This document shows positions 41,047 through 55,299 of a DNA stretch of 64,000 nt, one piece after another (positions within the stretch are counted from its first letter, which is position 1; each line of letters starts with the position of its first letter). A program made the position numbers and the translations under genes. Location: assembly GCF_006345805.1 (NCBI RefSeq), contig NC_043004.1, forward strand, positions 43,586,001 to 43,650,000. Reading direction: 5' to 3'. The notes under the pieces were generated by a model. That model made no database searches, was not told the origin of the DNA, and saw nothing but the letters and a program-made list of their open reading frames with translations. The DNA comes from Octopus sinensis (lineage: Eukaryota).

Positions 41047-41142
41047 ATGTATATATATATACATATGCATATATTTTTATTTATTAATTATTATATGACT
41101 GAGCGCCCTCGCGTCGTTTCGTTTCTTTTCTCCAAGTAAGTT

Positions 41143-41237
<95 letters not shown>

Positions 41238-41337
41238 TAAATTAGAGACAAAAGCACTATTATGCAAATCAAACAAAGAAGACTTAAGCCAATACATAAA
41301 TTATTCATATAAATTTAGAAATTTAACAATTATAAAT

Positions 41338-41398
41338 AACCACTACGATCGTTTCATGTCTTATTTCAGCACATCTTTGAGACATTCTTCAGGTGGTT
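41338..41398 (-). ncRNA. Type I hammerhead ribozyme, canonical core
   Basis: aaccac CTGAAGA atgtct...agacat GAAA cgatcg TA gtggtt. Confidence 0.85.
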
Positions 41399-42310
41399 TC
41401 AAAACCTAAAATATAATCAATATTTTAAGATATAAATAATCTATATAATCAAATAAAATTTACTTATAATAAACTCTATTGTTATATATGATTATATCGA
41501 AATCGACTATAATGTTAAATATTAACTTTAATTTATAAGGTAGAAAATCCATATTCTAATATCCATTTTAGTCTATATCTACTTATATAGATATTTGAAA
41601 TGACTAATATATATAAATTATCAATGAAAATATATATAAATATTATAATCAAGATCTAAAATAATCTCTATAAACGATTGTATATAATGAAAACCTAATA
41701 TATTTAATTTCTCATATTTAATGATGAAATAGCTAATTTCAAAATACAAAAAATATATATACACATGCTCATGCTCATATATACATGTATGTATATAAAC
41801 ATATCTAAATACGTACACAAACCCACACACATATATATATATATATATCTATACATACACATATACATATAGACACTGATATATTTTATAATGCAGCCCT
41901 ACACATTACTTATGCATACTCACACACACATACATACAATCACTCATTCATAAACATATACGCTCAGCAAGACACTAACACAGATCAGAAATAACATCCA
42001 ATAGCCGCAGATACTCAACCACATACTTATAGAAATAATTATTCTTAGTAAAATAGTATTAAATAAATACTATATACTATATGTATGTAATAAACATATA
42101 TAAATACGTAAACACACACACATATATATATCTATACATACACAAATACATATAGACACGGATATTTTATAAAGCAGCCCTATATTTCTATTAACATTAT
42201 AGTCGATTTCGTTATAATCATATTTAACAATAGAGTTTATTATAAGTAAATTTTATTTGATTATATAGATTATTTATATCTTAAAATATTGATTATATTT
42301 TAAGTTTTGA

Positions 42311-42371
42311 AACCACCTGAAGAATGTTTTAAAGATGTGCTGAAATAAGACATGAAACGATCGTGGTGGTT
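42311..42371 (+). ncRNA. Type I hammerhead copy with a GUG cleavage triplet (likely inactive)
   Basis: aaccac CTGAAGA atgttt...agacat GAAA cgatcg TG gtggtt. Confidence 0.7.
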
Positions 42372-42557
42372 ATTTATAATTGTTAAATTTCTAAATTTAT
42401 ATAAATAATTTATGTATTGGCTTAAGTCTTTCTTTGTTTGATTTGCATAATAATGGTTTTGTCTCTAATTTAATATAATATAATATTTTACTATAAAATT
42501 GGATTCAATCCTAAATCTGATTTTTCCCTGTAAATTTGGATTTATTCCCTAATATTT

Positions 42558-43189
<632 letters not shown>

Positions 43190-43198
43190 TATATATAT

Positions 43199-43229
<31 letters not shown>

Positions 43230-43469
43230 ATATATATGTAAGTAAGTTTATTGTAAAAGTGATGTGGACGCCTCTGATGAGAAGTACAATAAAGTATTGA
43301 CAATTAAAGAAAGATATATGGCACTGTAAACCTACTGAATGAATAATTTTGAGCATGGCATATTTTAAATGCAATTAAAAATTTATTGAATGTTGTTATT
43401 CTTTCATTTGTTGGTCCAATATAACTCATAAACAAACTTGACAAAATGTATCCATTTCAACACGCAAAT

Positions 43470-43849
43470 GGAAGCACTCCGTCGGTTACGACGACGAGGG
43501 TTCCGGTTGATCCGATCAACGGAACAGCCTGCTCGTGAAATTAACGTGTAAGTGACTGAGCACTCCACAGACACGTGCACCCTTAACGTAGTTCTCGGGG
43601 ATATTCAGCGTGACACAGAGAGTGACAAGGCCGGCCCTTTGAAATACAGGTACAACAGAAACAGGAAGTAAGAGTGAGAGAAAGTTGTGGTGAAAGAGTA
43701 CAGCAGGGATCACCACCATCCCTGCCGGAGCCTCGTGGAGCTTTAGGTGTTTTCGCTCATAAACACTCACAACACCCGGTCTGGGAATCGAAACCGCGAT
43801 CCTACGACCGCGAGTCCGCTGCCCTAACCACTGGGCCATTGCGCCTCCA
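43470..43849 (-). mobile_element. Young full-length tRNA-derived SINE with 12-bp TSD
   Basis: Head ggcccagtggttagg...ggtttcgattccc; TSD caacacgcaaat at 43458-43469 and 43850-43861; partial head copy at ~44062-44132. Confidence 0.9.
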
Positions 43850-44131
43850 CAACACGCAAATAAATAACCACAATGTTAACAAGCGTATGAATAATTTTGA
43901 GGACGACTGTGAAATGTTCCAAATACAAAGTAGAAAAAAGAGCCAACAACTGATGAAGTGTCATTTGTTCGTGTTGCTTGTCTTTTTTCCGTTTGTTTCT
44001 TTCGTTGTTCGCCCAAAAAGTTCATATTCCGTGTTGTATTTCGTATATCATCTTGTTTTCGCTCAATAAACACTCACAACGCCCGGTCTGGGAATCGAAA
44101 CCGCGACCCTACGACCGCGAGTCCGCTGCCC

Positions 44132-44590
44132 TATTATAACAAGGGTTAAGCAAAAGAAATTGCTTTCCCACAAACCGATCTTTAGAAATAGCAGCCAAAA
44201 AAAAAACTATTTTTTCTACTGTAAGAAAGAACTCCCAGAAAATATATGCTCAAAAACGTATCGCGTAGGCAGAGAAGGAAAACGACGTAATTCACCCGGC
44301 ATTAGATTAACTGTGCTGATGGGAAAAGTGGTGAGAATGAAAATGCGATTCTTGCATTTTTCATATCTAACTAATTTCGAAACGCGTGCACAGTTAATCT
44401 AATGCCAGGTGAACTTCATTGTTTTCTTTCTCTGCCTACGTGATACGTTTTTGAGCATATATTGTCTGGGAGTTGTTTCTTACAGTAGCTAGTTTTTTTG
44501 CTAGTTAGATTTTTAGCTAGTTTTTTTTACTGCTATTTCTAAAGTTCGGTGTGTGGTGAAGCAAATTCTTTTGCCTAACTCTTATTATAA
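44132..44590. mobile_element. Palindromic MITE-like element (~185-bp arms)
   Basis: tattataacaagggttaagcaaaaga...attagattaactgtgc versus gcacagttaatctaat...cttttgcctaactcttattataata. Confidence 0.75.
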
Positions 44591-44806
44591 TAAATATTGT
44601 TTAAATTTACCGATAATGGTTTTTTACATACCGAATCACTACTTGGTGGAATTATTAATTATTAATTAATTAATTGATTAATTAATTTTGCCCTTATTAT
44701 ATATATATGGCCTGCTCGCTTAGCCAGCGGGGTGGCGGCATTCAAAGGCTAAAACAATGCGAACGCATTGTGACCAGCGATATGTAACAATATCCGATGG
44801 TCTGGT

Positions 44807-44845
<39 letters not shown>

Positions 44846-45239
44846 AGAGAAAAGGAAGTGAAATCAGGAAGCGAGTATTTCCAAACATTTTTCATTGTTA
44901 GATAAGGATCCTTCCTGAAACTTCACATTCTAATATTAAAGGTGAGAGTCACGAATACCAGAGAACTCTTTTCTAGTTTCACACCTAGTTCAGATGGGTA
45001 AAAGTATCTGAATGGTACTTTGGGAAATATGAAAACAATACTATAGAAGCTAATCATAAAATGCAGGATAAGAAATATGAAACATGGTATGAAATAAAAA
45101 AACACATGCTATGGAAATATGAATGGGTGAATTCTTTGAAAAATAAATCACCAGGAACGCGAACTTGTCGGATAATTGGGTGCAGAAATAAAACCTTCGC
45201 TAAGATACTCACACATCTCTGTCCTTGGAATTAATGTTG

Positions 45240-45445
45240 GTTTCAAAATTTGACACAAGGCCAGTAAGTTTTAGTGGCGGGGTAAGTCGATTACATCTAT
45301 ACCAGTGCTCAATTGGTGTTTATTTTATCGATCTTGAAATGTCAAACGTGAAGTTGACATCAGCCGCATTTGAACCCAGAACGGAAAGACAGGCGCTAAA
45401 AAAAAGTTTGAAGGGTGTGTGAACGATTCTGGGAGGTCGCCACCT
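45240..45445 (-). mobile_element. Diverged SINE (Nin-like family)
   Basis: Degenerate reverse complement of the 52.0 kb SINE motifs. Confidence 0.55.
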
Positions 45446-46369
45446 TCTAGCTTAATATTTTAAGACTCCTGATTTACTTCAAAATCCCATTTCCTTCAGC
45501 AACATATTGTAGAACCCTGAAGAGTGAATGTTTTGAATGAACTATGGAACATCGGCCTCAGCTTTAGTTGTTAACTTTGTTGGTTATTCCCCTTTCATCA
45601 ACTTATATTTTCTGAATATTGTGGGTCTCCTCTATCAGAGACCACCTACAATATTTGTCCAGCAAGACTGGAACGAACTAAGAAGTCCTTACCTGGATTA
45701 TTCTCCAATTTCAGTCTCTATTATTTTCGAAGTTTCGATTTCTATTTCCGTTTGTTAAAACTCATGTTAATCTCAAGTGCATCAACGTATATTCTTACTA
45801 TCACGATTCTGTACTGAACTTTACAATAGTGAGCATTTCCTTGGCCAGTTGAGCATCTCCCGTAGTGACTCATAATATGGTGGTTGACGATATGTGCATC
45901 TCTGATCACGGGCAATAGTAGTTGGGGAGAATCCTAGCCATGTGCTGAGACGAATTCCTTAGAGTTTAAATAATTCACCTCTGGAAACATGGGTGTTTCG
46001 TTCATCATCCTTAAGCAAATCTTATTCAGGGAGCTTTTGAGCGGGATGGGCTAAACAACCAGAAGAAAATTTAACTGGGATCCACCAGCATTGTCATGCG
46101 CGTATCTTTGTACGAGATCACCATATTGTGCGCATATGTTACTAATGGATTTGCGTGGCAGACGGGTATATATATTTAGTATATTTGTAACACAGTGTCA
46201 ACGTGATGGCAAGCTTTGCTCACACATGCAATAAAAATAATGATAACCGTCGAGTATGAATCAAGACATGCCAGAGTTGACCAATAACTACACTGGTTAG
46301 TGTGTCGGCAATTTAAAATCAAAATTGTTGACAATATTAGTAAACATCACATTGAAACATTAACTGAAG

Positions 46370-46750
46370 AAGAAAATGTAACTCTAGTTTGTGATTTTCA
46401 AATACGTACAGTCAGAAGCATTAGAAATAATTTGCCTGATATTTTAATAATAATGACTGTTTATTGATTGACCTGTGAATCCACAGCGACCATAGTATTT
46501 CGACCGAAGAATTTCACAGTTTAGACATCTTGATAGCAAATTTGGAGTCCTTGGCACTGAAGCTTACAAACCCCAATCAATATCTCACTAACTTTATATA
46601 TACTATACAGAAATGATTTCTGTCATTCAATAACAACAAAAGATATTGGAATGAAAAATATATATGATGTGTTTGTGTATGTTAAGAAACCGTTTAAACA
46701 TCTAATATGAAATTTGAAAGATATTTTTGAACTGTATTTGAAAAGTGTGC
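46370..46750 (+). mobile_element. R4/Dong-type RLE fragment
   Basis: NVTLVCDFQIRTVRSIRNNLPDIL...CLLID (PD..D endonuclease motif region). Confidence 0.5.
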
Positions 46751-47992
46751 AGCATAAAGGACTTATAACCAACATGAGAATACTCCTTCGCGATAATTAG
46801 TATCTACTAATAAAAATAAATACGTATACAAATACTTAAAATAATACGAATACTTATAGAATATATATACTTAAAAGTTACTAAAACACTTAAAAGACTT
46901 CATAAATATTCAAAGTACCAGCTTTTAAACACGAAGCTAAAGAGTGACTAACTCAACGTTAAAGCACTTAAAATGCAATCGCCTGGAGAGATTAATACTT
47001 TAGAAGACTACAAAGCAAATCAAGTGAACTATATAAACAAACCGGCGTAAAGTTGAATGACTTCAATTTCACATTACTTCTTTCTTGAACATAATTTGAG
47101 ACTTCACTGATATAAGCACATGCACAACGTTCACATACACCTTTCACACAAATATGGACACTGCTGTAATTATGTTTGCTGAGGTTGCGTGGTACAGGAT
47201 TAACAAATCTGATTTTTCTGCTTACACATCCATAAGTAATGGTTCTGCTTGTCTTTTCTATTTTCTTCTTGAGGATGTCTAAAGATTTTCAATGTTTCAA
47301 GTCGAGCTCTTGTGATCGAAAAGATTTCAAACATGACAATGCAGTCACTCCAAGGTTTGTATCATTCATGTCATATGTCCTCTCATTTCCTAAGAGTCGT
47401 GGGGAATTACAACCGTGTTTCGTGGTCTGCTACCACAGCAGCTCGTTTATAGGATCCTGTTAGCTCAAGACATCATCAGGAGGAACCACGTCCGGTCTCG
47501 GCCCTTACTCCTCTACCGTTGTAACATGGTGCCCTCCCTCCTTTCGGAGGTGTCTTCAGCTCTGGTGTTGGGTGCATGACTTCTTTCTTCTTTCTTCTGT
47601 TCCTCGGCCTCTTCGACGTATCGTCATCGAGTGTCAGCCGGTCACTGACTGACTTGTGAAATTTTTCCCTCAGTCAGTCACCGGTCAATACTGGGGTAAA
47701 TTTCGCAATTAGTTAGGCTGAGTGATTGCTCTCGTTGCTTTTACAATTCGCGTGCTTAATTTGGTGCTAACGGTAATGTCTCTCCCAATCTACCGATATT
47801 TAATTGTTTGTAATATTGGCACATTGTAAGGAATTTAAGTGAAGAAAATATTGCATCATATCAATTCTACGTCTTGTATAGTAGACGTATTTACGGTATC
47901 CAGAATGATGAATGGTAATGTTAGCGCTGATAACATTTTAATCAAGAGCATAAAAGTAAACAAAACAGAACACCACCATCACGCTATAAGTA

Positions 47993-48547
47993 TTGGGTTG
48001 TCCGGAAAATTCATGCCGATATTTAAAGGAAAGAAAAAGGTCAATAAATACTTACCATTACATTTTAATCAACCAAATATAAACCATTTTGTTGCACAAT
48101 GGGTCTCCATCTTTCCTTTAATCTGAAACTACCGTCTTCCCAGAATTGAGATGGTTTCATGACAAAGAATTCATCAAGGTATCTTCATACGTAATCCAAG
48201 GAATTGAAATTTTTACCACTGCAGAGACCCAAATAAGGGGAGAACCGAAGAAGCAATATCTGGTGAATATGAAGTGGGGGGGTAACACATCCCAGCCGAA
48301 CTGCAGCCATTTTTGTCTGGTTCCCAATGCATCAAGTGCCGAAAATGAACTTTCTTATCTTCCATTTTAAAGGGTTACAGAATTAACATAGGTTAAAGGA
48401 ACATAAACCTTCTCCCACGAAACGATAGCTTAAACTGTGCCCTAAATGGAAGTGTACTCAAATTCTATTTTATGGACTCACCATGTTCTAAAATAAGTCG
48501 AAAGGTAAGCTACAATATATCGGCATGAACTTTCGGGACAACCCACT
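47993..48547 (-). mobile_element. Internally deleted mariner transposon
   Basis: TIRs ttgggttgtccggaaaattcatgccgata / tatcggcatgaactttcgggacaaccca; minus-strand start MEDKKVHFRHL at 48365 fused to FGWDVL...YSPDIA. Confidence 0.85.
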
Positions 48548-48749
48548 ATATGTATTTTTTCCTGTGAATCTTCTGTTTTGTATTGTGTTGATTGGCGTAG
48601 CGTTTCCCCTTCCCTTATATAATTCAGATGGTAATTATGAGTTATATATTCCACTATTATATAACGTTGCGCTATACCTATGGTTTAAAGATTTGGAGCT
48701 TTATCCAAAAGCTTTTAAATGCATGTGCTGCCCAAGCATTCATAAGACG

Positions 48750-48957
48750 GCGAGCTGGGAGAATCATCAGCACGCCAGTCAAAATGCTTAGTGACATTTT
48801 GAATGTCTGTGTACAATGGGTCAAATTCCGCCAAGGCCGACTTTGCCTTTTACTCTATTCGAGGTCGTTAAATAAACACCATTTGATAATTAAGTTCGAT
48901 GTAATCAACTTACCTCCTCTCACGAAATTGATGACGTTGTACCAATATTTGAAACCA
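48750..48957 (+). mobile_element. Diverged SINE (Nin-like family)
   Basis: ggcgagctgggagaatc...aaattccgccaaggccgactttgcctttt. Confidence 0.65.
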
Positions 48958-49183
48958 GTATGTTGGATATTTTCTGATTATAGAAACCCATCCTGCTTTG
49001 TTATTATTTGTATGTTCTCTTTCATGGCTGTTGAGCATTCTTATAATGATATATGGAGAGTATTTGGTCTATTATTCCATACATGAATGAACTCCTGTTA
49101 GTGTCCATGCGCCTTTTATTGAATTCATATTTTTAATCTTATTCTTATTGTTGTTGTTATCATAGCTGTTCTTGTTGTTCATA

Positions 49184-49201
49184 TTATTATTATTATTATT
49201 A

Positions 49202-49250
<49 letters not shown>
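49184..49250. repeat. (ATT)n microsatellite
   Basis: Direct reading. Confidence 0.95.
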
Positions 49251-49883
49251 GGTGTTTTTGATGTTGTCATTTCACCTCTAAAATTCCTCGATTTCAATTG
49301 CTCTGGCTAATGATGTAAGAGCGGACAACGACCTGTTGTGAAGACTCACAGGGTCTTTTTCCACGATACTTAACATCCAAGCACCAATCTCAAAATCTTC
49401 GTTGCCCCCCAATAAAGCAGATTTCTGAGTATGTTCTTCTCTCAAATTAATCTTAGTTACTCCAACAAGTAATCATTATTCATGGTGTGCCCGAATGCTT
49501 TACATGCGAATTCAATATCGTTGATACCCTGTTGCAAGCAGTTTCGTTTAGTTATCGAGAGCCTTTCTTAAAATCTCGACCTCCTCCTCACAGGATATTT
49601 GAATAAACGCAACTATCGTAGTTACACCACTCTGAAGGTAACCGGAAAATCTGTTGGTGACAGTACTATGGATCTTGTAACAACTGCGATTACTTTCGTT
49701 GTAACCCATTCTTTTTGTTTAGTAGTGTTGTTTGGTGAATAATTCCATCAAGAATTGTTAGGTCCTTTCTGTGAATTTCTATCTTATTTTGGATATTAAT
49801 TTTCCATAGTTCTGCTTCGATACTCGCATTCTGGTGGATTTGAGGTAGTATGCACTTTCCTTTGGAGTCCCAGAAGCAGCCTT

Positions 49884-50520
49884 GGACCCTTTCGCTTTGA
49901 CCGGCAGATTTTTAAAATAATTTATTTGTAACTAAACACTTTTAAACTTCGTATACTGGTAGTGTGTTACATAAAACATCTTTTTCTGTTGGCTTTCTTG
50001 AGAAAGTTCTGTAGTTTGTAAGCTTTTTCTTGTTAAATTTTTTGCATTTCGTTCATTTCAACCAATCAATGACGTCTCTTTAGGTGAATACAATTTCTGC
50101 GGTTGTTTGTCAATGCGGTGTCATATCAGTTTGTTACTGTTATTTACGACATATTTCATATCAGTTACGTTCGTATGAATAAAAGATTATCATTATTAAA
50201 CTTTTATTAATAAACACATATTCTAAGTTCACAACGTATGCAGGTTTAATAACAGTGACAGATTGATATGACACCGTCAAAAAATGTTGTTGACAAAGAA
50301 CCGGAGAAAGTGTATTCACCTCAATAGAGTCATTGATTTGTTGAAATTGCTGAAATGCAAGAAATTAAACAACAAATCGCTTACAAACTACAGAATTTTC
50401 TCAAGAAAGCCAAGAGAAAAAAATGTTTTATGCAATACATTCTACCAGTATACGAAGTTTAAAAGTGTTTAGTTACAAAGAAATTATTTTTAAAATCTGC
50501 CTGTCAAAGCGAAAAGATCC
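49884..50520. mobile_element. Long-TIR MITE (~230-bp arms)
   Basis: ggaccctttcgctttgaccggcagattttt / aaaatctgcctgtcaaagcgaaaagatcc and continued complementarity. Confidence 0.8.
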
Positions 50521-50924
50521 GCTGCCTTATATATCATATTATTCAGCCTTCTTTGTCATATTGATTTTTACTTCTATCTCCATTCTTCATTATAGTTGTT
50601 GCTCTCTTATTATAAGTCTAAATTGCGGGAGGTATAGTCGGTGAACCAAACTAAATTCGTCTATGAATTTTGATTCTTCGATTACATTCAGTTTTAATGC
50701 ATCATAATCTTGGTTCCCGATTTCAGTACTCTAGCATTTAAATTTACTCCACATTCCTTCCCGTTTATTTTTTTTTTTTGTTGTTGTTTAATTTGGTTAT
50801 TCACGTCGTTTTTATAAGTTTTATGTTTTTCTTCATGTTTTGCATTCCCATTATTGATATTAATTTTAGGTATTCTGTGAAGACGCTCGACTAGATATTC
50901 ACATTTTTATTAGTTGCTATTATA

Positions 50925-51386
50925 GGATCATTTCGGTTTGAACGATAGTTTTTAACAATTTCTAGGTAACTAAAAAAATTTAAACTTCGAATACTGGTAG
51001 AATGTGTTTATAAACCATCTTTTTCTCTTGGATTTATTGATAAAATTCTGTAGATTGTAGTAATATTTTTCTTCTTTTTCTGCAATTTAAACCAAACACT
51101 GACGTCTATTTGAGGTGAAAACATTCTCTGCCGTATGAATATGTCCCTCGTTTAAGAAACAGATTGGGTTTATTTATATTTCTGAAGAAAAAAAGATACC
51201 CTTCTCCCACCCTTAACCCTAACCCTAAACCTAAACCTAAACCTAACCCTAACTAACCCTAACTAACCCTAACAAACCTTAACTAACCCTAACAATAAAG
51301 CAAATTGAAATACTAGGGTCATAATTATGGGTGACACTTTCATATGACACCGCTAGAAAAAACTGCCGTTCAAACCGAAAAGATCC
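50925..51386. mobile_element. Related TIR element with an internal telomere-like repeat
   Basis: Termini ggatcatttcggtttgaacg / cgttcaaaccgaaaagatcc; left arm homologous to the 49884 element; (CCCTAA)-like run at ~51210-51292. Confidence 0.75.
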
Positions 51387-51996
51387 GAATTATATATGGA
51401 TGTGTTAATATCTTTAAGTTCGTCACTAATATTTTAATATTGGTGATAAACTGTGTTTCTATCAACACCGATACTAGCTTATATGAATAAGCTACTTTTG
51501 TCTGAGACATACTTGCTTCTCGCATTATACCCTGCTCTGCTAAACACTTCTGTTTTTATAATAATCAGCTTCTTAGAAAATTTCACACTGTCAGATGTTC
51601 TAGAAATTCTGTTAATGACAATATGACAACGGGATTTATTAAGATGATTCGGTTTCGATTCATCCGAGAGCACGATATGTTTATGATATAGATGAACCTG
51701 CCCGGTGTTAAATTCTAGAGTTAGAGCTAAGACGTTTTATAGTTTTAAATAATTTTCAATAAAAATTGATAGACGGTGGTTTCTTACACTTTCTATTCCT
51801 AAATTACTACAGTTTTAGTGCGTAATGTCATAAATTAATCAGTGAATGTTGCATTGTTTATTTCATTGACTGGTAAGTGGATAGCGAGTATCATTGATAT
51901 TCCTTTGACTACCTTCCCAGCCAATATCTCGCCGGAGTGCTACTGAGCTAATTGCTCGGAGCAAGTAGATCACTACCGATATAAACACACACAAAT

Positions 51997-52226
51997 GCCG
52001 CGAGCTGGCAGAATCGTTAGCAAGCCGGGCGAAATGCTTAGCGGTATTCCGTCTGCCGCTACGTTCTGAGTTCAAATCCCGCCGAGGTCGACTTTGCCTT
52101 TCATCCTTTCGGGGTCGATAAATTAAGTACCAGTTACGCACTGGGGTCGATATAATCGACTTAATCCCTTTGTCTATCTTTGTTTGTCCCCTCTGCGTTT
52201 AGCTCCTTGTGAGTAGTAAAGAAATA
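51997..52226 (+). mobile_element. tRNA-derived SINE (Nin-like) with TSD
   Basis: Full head and core; TSD gatataaacacacaca at ~51978 and ~52227. Confidence 0.9.
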
Positions 52227-53586
52227 GATATAAACACACACACACACACATACACACACATCACACAGGAATGTATGAAACACTAGCTTTCTCTACATTT
52301 CTCGTTTCGCAAAATTTCTTTGACCGAAAGCTGCACGTCAAAGCGTTTATACTTTTTTTTTCCGACAATCACTGAATATTCAGTCGGCAGTACATTCTTG
52401 AATTGTCTTGCAGGCAATAATGCTGTATATTTCCCACATCCACTATAACATTTTAGTAAAACAAACAATCATATACCAACGTAATGAAATCTCTTGCTCG
52501 TTCCACAGAAGATGACCTTACTTATTTCATAACACGCACAGAGTTGTTTGTTAGCATTAATAGATGTCAGACTAACTATTTCAATTTTAGAAACAATCAT
52601 ATCAATATTAATACACTTTAGGGACTAAATATAGCGTAATTACTTTAGATAGTATTGTCTATGAACGAAAGCGAAATAAACGGCATCGTTATATGTTATG
52701 AAAGAATAATAGTTTTCCAGAACTTCCTAGAGTTCAAACTGCATTTCATATGATTGTGGAAGTTATTGTACACAAGAAAGAAAGTGTTAAAAATCATCTT
52801 TGATTGATGACCCTTGGGTTAAAATTCTTTCTGAGAAATGTTTACGGTGTGGAAGATTTTCAATTCCTATAAGTAGAATATAAAATCAAGACCATAAAAG
52901 AGTGTACCTAAAGATCTAAACATTTCTTAATGGTTCTTCTTTGAAAACCTCAATAGAATAGTTAATGTAATGTATTCGGAAAACAAAAGCGCATCTTCAA
53001 AGACAAGGCTTTGATGTTAACGAATAGTACACAGACATTGAAAATTTAACTGATGTAAATACTGTAATCTCTACAAGAGAATTCAAAGATTGGAATGCTT
53101 AATCATGTTACCGAAGAACAGAAAGAGAAGAAAAAAAATCATTGAATTAACAATCTCTTAAAGAATTTATCAATATTATTGGAAATCTTGATTAAATTAT
53201 ACTTCGGAAATATCAAACGAAGGAAAGTGCTTATTCAATTAACAATGATTAGACGCCGTCGGAATTTGCCTTCGAGCGTTCATATGGATAAAGAAAAAAT
53301 CTTTAATTCAAGGATTTTTCATTATAAATAGGTAGATATATTTGGATGAAATCTACGCTAAAGGCTATTTAGAAAGTTATAATAAGAATATAATCAGAGT
53401 GTGCACAGAAAAATTCAAATGTGGAATAAATATGTGTGTATGTGTGCGTATGTGCCTGTGTGCCTTTAATTTGTGTGTTTGCCGGATATCAGCCTGTGTT
53501 ATAAATATATCTATACCTATATCTATATCTATATCCATCTATATATCTATCTCCCTCTCTCTCTCTCTCTTTATATATATATATAT

Positions 53587-53638
<52 letters not shown>

Positions 53639-54096
53639 TATATATACATACATACATATATATATATATACATACATATATACACAAACACACACATATC
53701 GACACATCAGTGCAGTTAACAATCTCACTTTGCAGTCAGGCGTTTTCTGACAAAAAGCGTCCGACTCCTTTTCAATTGGGGCAAATATTATATACTACAG
53801 GACCGGGCGAAATGTTGTTTTGTGTCTGAAAGTGGCAGATAGAATCTATCAGACCGCACCATGTGTCTTTACATTGGTATTTCTCCCCCATTACTTAGTG
53901 CTGGAATATTTACATTCTGTAGTTTCGTAGTTACGGATAAAGAATCCGATAGCTTAAGATAACAGACTTGAATAAATGCTTGAATCGACTCATTCGATTA
54001 AAAATCCAGTATAGCCACTCTCAAATGACCAAAACAATTAGAAAACAGGTACACCTACATACACACACTCACAGACACACACAAGCGCACACACAC

Positions 54097-54350
54097 AGGC
54101 GCATGGCTCAGATGTTTGAATGTCGGACTCACAATCACGAGGTAGTGTGTAGGTTATCGGAGCGGCTTGTAAAAATAAGTTGCGATGTCATTGGCGCGAA
54201 GCTACATCATTCGTTTTGCATATCACTTGGATAGCATCGGTGGCATGGAGAGATAACGGTGGTATGCATAGGTAAAGGCTGGTCTTCCACAAAGAAACTT
54301 ACACTTTTGCCGCGGATGGGGACTTTTTAGATGCAATCCCACGTTTATTC
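54097..54350 (+). mobile_element. Diverged SINE (second family)
   Basis: ggcgcatggctcag head; ctggtcttcca and gatgcaatccca tail motifs. Confidence 0.6.
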
Positions 54351-55299
54351 ATTTATATTTGAAATTTATATTGAAAGGGATGGAAATTCAGGCTTAACAT
54401 TTTATTATCTGATATGTTGTTTCAATTACACGAGATAATAGATCACCACTGCCTCCATACTCATGCGATTCCTTCACAACGGTTTTTAATCCATTGTTTT
54501 GATATTGTTTTGCGGCCACTCTAGCGTTCAGTGTGCTATCAATACGTTGTACGTGCAGATAGACTGCCGTAAGAGAGAAAAACCAGAAATCAGGGTGTTC
54601 CATGTAGTGGTGCAAATGAGACACAACTTACAAGTCAACTTTACCGACTACGTAATTTTTTACCAAAGGACGGTCTTTTCACACTATGAACTATGGTCAA
54701 AATGTGGATGCATTGTAATATATTCCTAAAAATATGTTCTTATAAATATTGTTTTTTTTTAATTGATTTATCGACCACACACACACGTACGCATCAAAAT
54801 AATCAAGGAAATGTACAGTATTGTAAGTCTCAAAATTAATCATCATACGATATGTGTTGAATATCGATTCTTGAAAACCTTTTCGTCTTTGGAGGAGAGT
54901 GACAATTTGCATTGACTGATATTTAGTTTCCAGATCATGAACATACGGAACCATTTCATCACCTCTCATCGAAAAGCAAAATAAACCTGTTGCCATTTGT
55001 TTCAATCGTTTTAGAAATCAGAGCGTGCTTCTATAGTTCTTCCATCTAATCGTGTGTCAACAACCGATGTACCTCTATTGCTCACCTGGAACCTGAATTC
55101 CTTCACCAGTTTTTCTAAACGATGCTGACCTAAGACAATTCAAAGATATTGAGCAGCCCCTCTACACGAAACAATTCATATGGTTAATTACTATTAAAGA
55201 TCGCAATTGAATTGCAATTTTAAGCAGTCCCTCCACACTATTTAATTGGTGCTATTAATTCATATTAGAGATCGCAATTAACTTGCTGTTAATTCATAA

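Larger units (their letters stand above)
41231..42556. mobile_element. Non-coding PLE-derived fold-back element with ~290-bp inverted arms (41231-41518 / 42191-42479), each carrying an HHR
   Basis: Arms are reverse complements; internal direct repeat at ~41800-41900 / ~42100-42182; right end shares the terminal motif with 4453-4530; (TA)n flanks. Confidence 0.85.

Noticed and set aside
43268-43325. CTGATGA...GAAA as a hammerhead
   Set aside because: Stems I-III do not pair convincingly
43780-43849. tRNA-like sequences with A and B boxes (also at 20928 and 51997)
   Set aside because: SINE heads with downstream bodies (TSDs at two of the three); no proper cloverleaf
43900-43963. GAAA...CTGATGA as a type II hammerhead
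   Set aside because: Only a weak stem II; no identifiable stem I, stem III or NUH triplet
51210-51292. True telomere or chromosome-fusion site
   Set aside because: Short, degenerate and enclosed within a TIR element
54697-55005. 102-aa ORF as a host exon
   Set aside because: No recognisable domain, splice context or neighbouring exons
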